A stretch of 64,000 nt of DNA, taken from the NCBI GenBank assembly GCA_040954595.2, contig CM082577.2, positions 7,279,846 to 7,343,845 on the forward strand, in the 5' to 3' direction. The notes beneath the pieces were generated by a model. It saw only the letters and a list, made by a program, of their open reading frames with translations, did no database searches and was not told the origin of the DNA. Each line of letters begins with the position of its first letter. The first letter of the stretch is position 1. The stretch is from Balanoglossus misakiensis. Lineage: Eukaryota > Animalia > Hemichordata. Positions 52,508 through 64,000 of the stretch are shown in pieces. The translations under genes were made by a program, and so were the position numbers.

Positions 52508-55500
52508 AGAGGAGGGATGAAATTTTACCTTTGAAGCTTGAATAGAGAGATTAGGCTTTGATCTCTGCCAGCAAGCAAGTCGCACTGCTTTTCCAAGCAT
52601 ACCCTTACAGACGATGGCACACACCATACGGGATCAGCTTGTTCCGTTTGTTATATCGTTTGCTCCAATTTTGACGAGTTTCCTCTGATTGGCCAAAAGA
52701 CTCCCTATGTTTATATAAGAAAACCTCTCAAGCGTAATCTGTTCACTATCTTCATGAATTTAATTGTGAATGCCAAAGTTTCCTTGTTTGGTGGTTGTGT
52801 CTGTATTGTCCAACTCTTCAGTCAGGTGCCAATATCTATGTCTTCTTATCGACATTATGGCCAATTTGTTCACATTTTGCGTTCTGTGAATATTGCAAAT
52901 CTCCGCCGACTGTGTGACTCAGATGCAAAAAAGAACAAGCTGACGTAGTGCCATGGTCTGTGATGGTAGCTTGGCTCAGCCCAGGGCTTTGTCACTGTTA
53001 GATTTGGGGAATTCACATTAGGATACGCATCTGACCATTTCACTTCAAACATCGTCACGTATGATCATGTGTGAAATCTCTGTGTTTTTTTATTCAGAGT
53101 CAGAATGAAATAGAATAGTCAATTAACATTGCTTATAGTTTTCTCAGTTCAGCGCGATCTCAAAACAAAATCTGGTTCAAGTTTTGCGTCAGAATCAAAC
53201 CAAAATATATATGTCTGGTTCAAACTGATGAACATTTTAATATTTTTTTTCAATTTGAAGTATAATTTAACAAAAATTACAATGTGTTGAAGCTCAATGT
53301 TTATTATTTTGAACGTTTTATTGCCGAGTCACGTACGACTCACGAAATAATAGTGAAGGGGGTTCTGAAGAAAATACTGTAAATATGGTGGCCTTTATTT
53401 TCCTCTCTCTTGCACTCATCTACGCAGCCTTTTCGCAAAAAAAGTATTATTTTAACGTGTAGCATTGATATACAGATGAAGAGCTCAGAAGAAGAATCTA
53501 TTTTTATGGACGTTGATATTTCTATGTGGTGTTAGATTTTAAATGAGTACTGACAAACAAAAAGTCTGGTGGCTGTTTTCTGCTTTATAGGAGACTGTTG
53601 TACATACCTTTTTAATCGCTATATATTCTCAAGATTCGCGTTTCCTTCCTGGCAGTGTTGTCGCATGTCCACAGCCACTTTTTGAAGTTACAACAAGCTG
53701 ACCGCGTTTGTACACGTAGGTCCCAGCAAGCCTGTAGCACTAATTTTAGCACTTCACTTTAACGAAATACCAGATCATGTGCACCATATATGATAGTAGA
53801 GTGTAACCCATGTGTAGCAGAAGAAATCAAGTCTGACTTTAATAGATAAATATCGTCTTGAAATATCTACCTGTCATTTTAACTCTTGGTCACTTGGTGA
53901 CACTCTTATAAACTAGACTTATAGATTACTGGATATAATCAGGGCGACAGTATAAAATCTACTGACCAATGAAGACAGCCTTTTAGGAAATTATGCTAAT
54001 AGATGCAGAGTGTATTATGCTAATAAGGGCTGCTCAGCCAATAGCTGATGAGGAAGAAAAGTATGTTGGCTCTTCTGTCAGAAAGACTGTTTCTGGTTTT
54101 CCAGAGGCAGATACGAGGTCATCCTTTTGGCCCAGCTCAACATAGAGGGTGGTCTCTGGAGTGCCCCTCTCTTGTAAGGCACTGCTGGATAAGAGTTGGT
54201 TGTCTTAGACTAATATTTAGTTGTAAATACCAGAAACTAACATGACTGTGGCTTGTCATTAGTTACTATAATCGACATTGAAATTCTCACCTACACACAG
54301 GCCATGTAAGGAACTGCCAAGCAGATAATACAAAATATTTATTAACAGAGGAATTTTTTTATTGTGACTGTGTTTGATGTTACACAACTACTGTTCGATG
54401 TTCTTTCACATTCATAAGAAATTTATATGGAGACATTTTAAATGATCAAGGGTGCAACGAAATTAACCAAAAATATAAGATGTACTGATATATTATTTTA
54501 TCTTATATATGTCATTTTTCATAACTTTAAAAGAAATTTTAGATTGGACGGACTCGACTTTTTTATACATTTTTAGCCTCAGATTCAGAGTATTGGATGA
54601 ACTACGAAAATAAATTGGAATAGGACATTTAAACCCTTTGATAAAAATGTAAATATTTGATTATTAGGGCAAAGATGGGACAAAATTTAAAAAAGAGAGA
54701 CTGCTTTTGAGCATTGCGCAAGCTAACTTAGGAAAACTTGCATGTGATGTGGTATTTGTCAGTGTATGTGGTGTGGTATTGACTTAGAAACTAAGAAAAG
54801 AGGACAGTTTTTCAGCGTGGCATATTCGACTTGATTTTATTGTCATGCTGATGACAGCGATGCGATGCAGATTAACACTAAGACATGAACTATAACCAGG
54901 TGGTGGTACATATATCTTGAAGTTATGACATGAAAATGCTACTTGATGCTCATAATAAATAAATGTAGTTAAACCATGGTTTTCTTAGCAAAATTAAATC
55001 AGTCCTGAAGCACTTGTTCAATAATAGGCTATATGCATATAAAGTGTTGACTTCGTAAAAATTTGAAAATTCATAGCATTCTGCAGGCATGTGACAAAGT
55101 ACCCAGTTACAGTGCCATCTTAGCTATATGAATGCTGTTTATCAGTTTTAGTGGAATAAAGCAGCTGATGTCAAGATTGGAGTCTGTGTGACAGATTAGG
55201 ATGCATTTTGTCGTCTTGGCACCTTTACAGCAAACATTAAAGGGCGGGTGCCGTCTGCGGATGCGAGTGTGGGTCCCACACGACGCAGTTGCAGTCAAGT
55301 AGGCACACAGTATCACTGCTACAATGATTCTGACTGGCTCAATTAACACCCAACAAGTTTCCATGGACCAATCAGGTGTTGACTTCTGACAACAAGCAGA
55401 TGGTGTTCACCAGACTTTCATCCACCTTTCATAATATACGTATGAAAAATCACGTTGACATTTCTACCGCATCACTGTAGATGCATTTTTCAGTTCTTCT

Positions 55501-56926
55501 TTTCTGCACACTTATAAATTTCTGACTTGCAGAAGTACATGTATTCATAAATATATACAATAGATCTTTTGTGCTAGTGATTTTGGGGTGAAGTTTTGTG
55601 TTTTGTCAAAAATCTGTTCATTTTGTGTACTTCATAGAATTACAGTTTGATTCATCATTATCATATTTGTATGAAAATACATTTCATTGTCACTTCTTTT
55701 ACACAGATTTCATATCATTCATTATTCATGTACTCTAGATGTGGCACAGTTTGAAACTAGACTTACTATCTGGTGTCTGAACAATGAAGAAAGCCAATAT
55801 ATAATTATAAGACAGCACCAGTATCCAACATGTAACTTTTCATCTTGAATATTCACTTAGTCATATAGGCTAGAACTAGTGAGAGACCATTTTCGTTGAA
55901 TGGTGCCAATTGACATAGACCTGGTCATGCCATGGCACAGCTGAAATGATGGTTGTGTTGATGGATGTTAAATTCTCCTTTATAACTGTAGTACATCTAT
56001 ATCACTTCGGAACACAACTTTTGCTGACGGTCACTGAATGCTTATTTGCATTGACTTTACATCCTGCAATAAACTCCAATAATTCAAGGTGTACGACATT
56101 TTGAAACATTTTCGTTTTGAGCATATACCATATTGGCCATTTCCATACTTCCCAGTCAGCACTCAAGCGCAGAAACATACAGGATTTCATATCATCGAAT
56201 CATTCTTTACAAGCAAAATGAGATGTTCAAAAACTGCCATCAATTCAATTTCCGGTGAGCAGAATCATGTGCAAGTTTGCTTGAACAAAAATATTGACTA
56301 TTCCACCATTTATGAACAAAAAGTTTTTTTTTGTAATAAATTTTTTGAAGAAACTTCGTTATGTATCAGCCAACTTTTAAAAAGGCTTTACTCTGTAAAC
56401 CGTCATCGTTCCACGAATTTGTATTTTCTATTGATAATATTCTCACGAAAAAATAATTCTTGTTTCACAAAGATATCGTATCATTGAAGAGAAACTGTGT
56501 TCGGATTTCCTTGTTTGTGTAATCTATTGTGATTGTGCAGTTTCCGACTGATTTGAACTTTTTTTGTGATGAAATGTCTTTTGAAATCTATTTTGAAAAC
56601 AAAAATGCTGTTCAGTCCTGTATTACTTTATTTGTTCTTTTTCATGATAGGTATTGTTTAATTTTGATTAAAAGTTATATAGCAATGTAATTTTGTGCCG
56701 TTGATTCTTGATGATGCCCTCAAACTTGTCCATAAACAAAAGTAAAACTTGGCCATGTGGGTAAAATGTTGAATATAGCACATCAGATTCTAGAAATTTG
56801 CCAATTCTCCTGGATGACAGCTCCCCAGCAAACCGAACAAAACAAAAAATAAACAAGAACAAAACATGGTCCGTTTGTATAAACAAGTTTATTTTACCTA
56901 GCATATAACATTCTCTTGCAATGTAA

Positions 56927-57022
56927 ACCCCTTCACCACCATAACTTGGACCCCCCCCCCCCCCTTTTGCTTTCAGTGGTAAAGTTGGATTTTTACACTG
57001 TGAAATTGGGGGGTGCAAGAGG
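56927..57022. mobile_element. Degenerate second copy of the piggyBac-like MITE
   Basis: ACCCCTTCACCACCAT...GTAAAGTTGGA...GAAATTGGGGGGTGCAAGAGG resembles 50356-50440. Confidence 0.45.
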
Positions 57023-58688
57023 CTCCAATATCATCAACTAATAACCTAAAAACATAATACACATTGGATTCGAGTCTCTGGAGTAAGAAATACCAACTCG
57101 TGCTACATAACTGCAGCTACTTAAACTGTGTCAAGGAAAACCTTACACAACAACATACAACATTCAAATTTGCATCCTGTAGGTGTAATATGCATACATA
57201 ATTCAGATGAAAATAACGTCATTTACTTGCATTTTTGTTTCAAAAGTGGTACAAAAATGTGTTACTGAGTATTGGACTATCTACATTCTCAAACTCTTGA
57301 GATCTGGGCTATAGGAAAACGCCTGCCCACCTCTCTCTAAACTAACATCCCTCTCGAGAAGGAAATTGTTTGGCATTCTGACTATTGCTTATTCTGATTA
57401 AAAGAATATGTAACACTAGGTTATATAATATATAAAAATACTTCACATTGACCCTCATTTTAAAATTTCTGCATAATTTGTCCTCTTTTTTTTGAAAAAT
57501 CATCCTACATCAAGCAGTTGCCAGATATTAACAATGGCCTATAAATAGTTTAACCTTTGACCTAGCAAAGGATTGTACCATTATTATGGAGGAAGGCAAC
57601 CATCAACTTGGTAATAAATACAGATCTCCTATTTTTTTATCATTCAAAGGGAAGAATTTTTTAAGTTTATTTGCCTCCTTATTACAAAAGAATTATCCTG
57701 AGTTGTCCCCCATAAAAGACTGGCAAAAGTCGTAGTACCTGTGTCTCTACCATGGCACTGACCCATATACAGTATCAAGACACAGTTTTTTGCGTTGCAT
57801 TGTATGTCTACTGTAATATAACGAACATTTTCTCAATTTTGTGTTTTTTTTACCCTTTATACAATATATTACAAACTGGGCATTGCATTACAAAATGGCT
57901 GAGTCATGCGGAGGCTTTCTTGACAGCAAGACCTGGTCAGAGTCAACACCGAAATCAAGTCCCTGAAAATGTACGTTCAAGTTTGTCAACGGCTACTTCT
58001 AAAACTACCGACTACATACCACCGAAATGACAGGCCAAACCTGATACAGGAAATTCGACGCATTTGCACACAGCTAAGGTACACACTGGAGTGTGCGTTT
58101 GTTAACATAAAGGGGAGTCTAAAATCACATGCAAACTTTGTCTACAACTCATGGCTCCTATGCGAGTGATCTACAACTCGCACAATCGTATTATTCTGTG
58201 AGTGAAATAAACAATGAACAGAAAAAAAACCATAATTGCTACCGAGTAAATGAGTATACCACAGAAATTGACATGCCTCTCAGTCAGGGAACATCAGCGA
58301 AACTGCAACTATAAACCTGCTGCTGCGAAAAATGGTTACTGCGAAACGTACAACCCACTCGCTGTTCTGCAAACATCAAGAAAACCCAAACTGTAATATT
58401 TCAGTGTAGAGGGAAGACAGTTCCCAAAGCCGTTCCCAGATCTTACAATTGCACATTCTCACCAATAGAGGGCAGCCTTCGCAATATGGCAGCCTCAGTC
58501 ATTTCACTAAAAACCTGGTTCCCGACTACAGGGAAACTGGCACTGAATTCACAAGTTCAAACCCTAGATTGCCCGCCTACCCCTTGCAGTACATGTATTA
58601 ATATTTCTACTCAAGGCTAGATGTGTGAGGGGGCGCTGGATGACCCCTGAATGTCTGTGACATGGATTGTACTTTTGGTGATGGTTTC

Positions 58689-61600
58689 TTAGTTGAGTAT
58701 TCTGTTCACAAAGCTGGCAACATCAACAATCTTGGTTTCGTAGGGCTGTATGAATTCATGTTCCTGCAAAGTATGAATAGATCAACATTATGGATACAGT
58801 CACTGGATATATCAAGCCTTATATAATACTAAATTAAATAATTTAGCAATTTTTTAATTAAAACATTTCCATTTGTGTGTGGTGAAACATGTTTCATCAA
58901 GTTTAAACTTGACATTTGACACCAGACACAATCAATTTATAGCATACAAGTATATCACTCACCATCAGCTTGGGATATGTTGGTCTTTCTCGGAAATCCT
59001 TCTTAAGGCTACAATCAAAAAGAAAAACATGTTTTATTCATATTGAATACCACAGCAAAATGGCACAATCTATTAAAGCCTCAGTATTTCTCGTAGGGGC
59101 AAAATTTTGTTTGAAACGGCATCTATAATTTCTAAAAGTAGATGATAATTGATACTGAATCGAACAGTCATCATCCCCAGCTCTGCTGATAAACTCATAC
59201 AATTTACAATATAACGAGTGAAGAATGACTTTCTGTCCGGACAGAAAGTCACGTGAGTCAGGCTAATGTTGACACACGTGACTAGTGCGCATGCGCACTC
59301 AAATGTGAATCTATGCGGAAGAGGTTTGGTCGCCCCAAATCAAGCGACTCAGCGAAGAAATGCGCACTAATTCGGCGAAATTTTGGGAAGATAACTTTAT
59401 GGGAGAAATCAGTCGATGGAACCAGATCAAATCCGAAAATAGTCTGACCATCAAAATGTCAAAGTGGCACGTTTGCTGATCGACATGTACAACATTTCCG
59501 TTGTAAACAAACCCGCGCATCATTTCAAGTGTTACGGGCAATATTTACAGCTTGCACGTAGCTACAGTTGCCCAAATCTTTCTTCTATCTTCATTATGTA
59601 GTATTCCATGATGAATGTACAGGAAAAACGGGCATTTTTCGATGATGAAAAATGGATACACACGAGAAATACTGGGGCTTTAATTATATCCAGATAAAGC
59701 TTCAAATGATGGCAAAAAAATGGAACTCACCATAGATCAATGAAGTCGACAAATTCTCGGGAAAACTGACCCTCTGGTAATTTTGGCGATGGCTCCTTGA
59801 CAACTTGTTTTAATTGGGCGAAGGGTGTGCCCCATGATTCATATGGAAATTTGCCGGTTGCTAACTCAAACTATAATATAACAGATGGAGGTATTAAAGA
59901 GATGGATTTAGAACATGAATTTGTTACCGGATATAATGATTGAGATTCTCTAAACTGACTCTACATAATTCCAGTAATCCTGATTAGAGAGATTCGTGGT
60001 TGTAATCAACTCAATGTATGACATCTATGACTACATGAGCCCTCCTCCACAAAGAACATATTGAAGGGTTCCTGCCTCAAGAGGGCTCACTTCTGCAGGC
60101 CCCAGCTGGCATTAGCACCTTCAACACTCATAATGTGTAATCCTTTGACTGACGAGGGTGTTGGCAATATTTGGGTCCCCAGACAATATATAGTTGGATA
60201 CAATGTATATTCTGTTTTTCGGCAAAATAAATTGCCTCCCTGCAGTAATTCGCTTGTCAGCTACTGCAATTAATCAGAAACTCCTAAACTGGGACGATAT
60301 TTAGAAGTGCAGGTTACTTACCATTGTGATGCCAAGGCTCCAGATGTCTGATTTTATGTCGTAACCTTTATAACCTTTCTCGTTGCGCGTGATGTCGGGA
60401 TCAATGCGTTCCGGCTGAAAAGGAAAGGCCAGATTTAAAAGATAAGAATTAATGGTTTTATGTAGGTACCTAATAAAACAGTCAGGTCATTTATCTAAAA
60501 CTCTAATGACATGAAAATCTGTTCAAAATTGACTTGTACAACCAATTTCCTCTAAAGTCTAAGTACAATACACCTAACTTCCCTCAAACCCACAGTCACA
60601 CAAATGATTGTGTGGACTCCAATTTTAGGCTCAGTTCCTTAAATGGTATTACCCAGTGATCCAGCCACTGAGAAATTTTTAGAAATAAAAACAAACAAAC
60701 ATTTCTTTCACTTTCTCAAAGAAAAAGCTACACAATTGAGAATATGTGCAAGTTCCCTATTTTTGAAGCATCATCAGTGTCCTCGATACATCCCTGTTTA
60801 CCTACCCCCCCCCCCACACACACACACACACAGTCGACATCCTGACCTCAGCTGACACTTAAATTCTACAGTTTAACAATAGCACACATTGTAAATTATA
60901 CTTTCAGTGAGATGAGATGGGACGCGACGCTGTAAACTATGATTTACAAAAGGGGTGACTTCCAGGTCAGGTTGTCCCACTGAAACCTGATAATGTACTG
61001 ATGAGGTCTTTCAACTTTCATTTTAGACAAAAAAATAAAATAAATCAACACAATAGTTTTGGTCTGTGCCCACTCACTTCCTCTCTGAATGCACTAGGCT
61101 TCGGTTCTGAACAAGGATTACTTTTCTGTGGTCAAAACTACAGTTCTGACATTGTCTCTTTTGTTTGGTTGAGAGTATTTCATTGTGCCAAGTGGTCTAT
61201 CAGTAGAGTTCTGTTTCGAGCCCTACACTTAGTCAACTTGTTGGTTTGTATTTTTATGAGTTCAAGCAGTTCCCGTCACCATCATCGCCATGAATGGAAC
61301 TGTCACATGATTTACCTAGGTACCGTAAATAACCCAAGGCCATTTTGTTTTTAAAAAAAGGCCGAATGTGAAAATGAAATTCACACAAAACACATAAATC
61401 TATCTGGGTATTCAGATTAGGATAGACCATAGCAAATTTATTACTGGAGAAAGTCTATGAATAGTTCAAATGTACGTGTACTTACAGACATATATGGCTT
61501 GCAACCGGCATCCATTGTCTTGGCCACCGAGTCTACAAGATGGCCGCTAATTCCAAAATCGCACATCTTCACATGGCCCTGGCGGTCGATTAGTACGTTC

Positions 61601-63490
61601 GAGGGTTTGACATCTCGATGAATAACGCTCAGCTGAGTGTGTAGATAATGTAAGGCTTTGACAATCTGCAAGGAAAGACATTTTTTTTTCTTGGCGTCAG
61701 AGTTGAATTAACCCGTGCTTCAGTGCCACGGCAGAACTCGGGCATTTAACCAAAAGATGATCATAGCATCCGAGACTGTGTCAACAGGTATTGTCAAACA
61801 CATAGTGTAATATTACTGCTTATCTGTACAATTATGGATGTCTGTACATTTTATCTGACAAGCTGTTTGTTTTGTCCACATGTCATTGCAACTGTGTCAC
61901 TGTATCTCTGTATCTCATCTCATTTCTTTTTCAGTTCACCCAACAAAACAAGCATATAATTTCATTTGATATCCAGTGAAACATGTCTACACCAAGAAAG
62001 CAGATACTAATCCGTGGAGTTGGGGAAAACAAGATGTACAACTAGAAGGCATGTACAGCAGAGTTCGGTTAGATCCTGAACAATTTTCCAGGTTCTGACT
62101 TACGCAATACGCGATGTATCCCAGAATCTCTTCCGGAATCGTCTCTCCTTTCTTGTAGACTTCCTTGTAAAATTTATCCAGGGAGGTGTCCAACACTTCC
62201 ATGCAGATCCAGACATCGCCCTGTATGGAGAAGTACAGTCCACCTGTTAGCACATGCGCCTGCTACATTTATCAACATATGCACATCACCATCTATAATT
62301 TAACAGAGTTGGATATCAGCATTCCCTCTCCTCTAGATCGACGGAATGAGACATCACCTGCCCAAGATCAAATCTTCTGGTTCCAGAGCATCATTTCATC
62401 ACTCACCTCTTGGAACATAGCACCATAGAATGTGACAGTGAACGCACAGTCGGAGCTACGCATGGCCACGTCCATGTCCATCACGATGCGTTTGTCTTCC
62501 TTGCTGTTCACCTGAGCCCTGATTCTCTGCAAGGGGAAAAGATTCATGGCATCTCAGTTACACTATCTCCGATGCCAGACTGCAATAAATCCTAACATAT
62601 GATACACGCCAAAACAATCTTTTTTGAAATCTTAATGTGAAGGTCTGCTGGACAATACATGTAGGTATATATTCAGCTGGTGAAAAATCAACAACAAAAT
62701 GTTCCATGGTTACCTTGACAGCCATGATGGTGCCACTGGGGCCATGCTTGACCTTCTCCACAAATCCGTAGGCACCACGACCCAGCTCACATATCGTTTC
62801 CAAATCTTCCGCCTTCACCATAAACTCCTTCCCCCCAATAGTGAGTGTAGTTTTGCTGTCCGCTGGGAGGTTTTCCGGATGTTTTCTGCGGAAGGGGAAA
62901 AGAGTGAGAATTTAGCTTCGTTCACATTGTGTTTAATCTGGCTGGGACCTGGCCATGATGGCTATAGGGCAGTTACATAGATAGGGATCTGGTCATATTC
63001 TGTAAATAAAACAGTACCTGCTACACACGTGTGAATTTCAGTATATGTGCAATGTAAATTACGACAGGGACCAGGTGCTTAATGAGATCCCTGAGTCACT
63101 AAATTACCAATTGTTGTACTTGACCTTGATCACTGGATGTGAGCCGTCTAGTGAAAGACCCACTCCTACTCTGTACTTCAATGAATTCTTTCCTTCCATT
63201 ACACAGTGATTTGTCAGCGAGCCAGCTTTGAACAAATACCCCATCCATCACTTGATGTGGAAAAGAGTACAATGTACGTCACGTGTAAAACTTTAACCCG
63301 GCTTTATGACTCAGCCTTTGTCAAACCATTTCTTCTGTTTCCTCTCTTCCAAGAAATTAAGTGGAACGGTGCTCTCCCCCCTAACACACACAGACACATA
63401 AATGAGAACAACGGGCATTGTCTTACTTTTCAACAGCTCTGTCGACTTGGTCAAACTTGAATCCTGGCAATTTAGGCGGTTTCTTCCTCC
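58689..63490 (-). CDS. MAP2K6: Dual-specificity MAP kinase kinase 3/6 (p38 activator), partial; first exon not found in window
   Basis: Exons 63490-63427 (D-site RKKPPKLPGFKF), 62885-62714 (ELGRGAYG..MAVK), 62526-62407, 62220-62104 (GDVWICME), 61665-61486 (IHRDVKPSN, DFGISGHLVDSVAKTMDAG), 60414-60322 (PERIDP..SDIWSLG), 59870-59731, 59008-58963 and 58763-58689 (DVASFVNRILN*). The activation loop is MKK3/6-type. Confidence 0.95.
59077..59679. mobile_element. Non-autonomous DNA transposon, Kolobok-like (TTAA TSD), in a MAP2K intron
   Basis: TTAA|AGCCTCAGTATTTCTCGT ... ACGAGAAATACTGGGGCT|TTAA, with an internal palindrome AGTGCGCATGCGCACT at 59284-59299. Confidence 0.8.
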
Positions 63491-64000
63491 CTGGTAAAAG
63501 ATACAGAAAAAAGATATTAGTACAAAAAACAGCTCCACCAGACCGGTAAATATCTGTGTTATTAGGCAAAGGTGGTACATGCAGTTCAAAGGTCATGTAC
63601 TGTGAAAGAACCTGCATGAAGAATGTGGAACTCAGCCGGCTGAGAACAGTGAACACAGCTGATCAGGTGTCTCTGCTTCCTGTTCAATTGCACATTTCTT
63701 GCTTTGATGGCGAACTTCACAAAACAGCCACTCACACTGTATCATCACTTAGCCTTTATACATACACGTGCATCATGAGATCAATACACGTTTCTGGTAG
63801 CTTTTTTGTGTAAATGTGATCTAGGCAATGAAGTGGTCTATATCTGGGCAAAGCTGAATGAATGTTGTCTAGTTAACCATGGTTCCACAATACATTTATA
63901 CATGTACCATGATGCCAAGTATATGTTTTGAAACTGACACCCGTGTTCCTTTCAATGGCCTGGTAAACAAAGAAGCACAAATACAGACAGGCTGATTGCA

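Overview
Eukaryotic, AT-rich, intron-rich animal genomic DNA. It looks like a marine invertebrate (hemichordate, cephalochordate or mollusc style), but taxonomy is an inference. Most ORF-track entries are spurious, so genes were rebuilt by hand from splice sites and reading-frame phase. Six protein-coding genes were found. (1) The 5' part of a secreted protein with beta-defensin-like six-Cys modules (minus strand, runs off the left edge, largely missed by the ORF track). (2) A 15-exon, ~643-aa cell-surface protein: signal peptide, His1/histidine-brace LPMO-like domain, 2xEGF, 2xDOMON with Met/His heme ligands, and a GPI-like tail. (3) A short 2-exon Toll-like receptor with a decayed second TIR exon in its intron. 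(4) An RWD-CCCH-MJ1316-2H phosphoesterase (LENG9-like) gene. (5) A 14-exon tweety (TTYH) gene, head-to-head with LENG9-like. (6) The 3' nine exons of MAP2K3/6 (minus strand, 5' end not found). Also present are microsatellites, several MITEs and a near-perfect intronic hairpin. The best novel-system candidate is gene 2, which appears to fuse an LPMO-like copper site to its own cytochrome-type electron donors.
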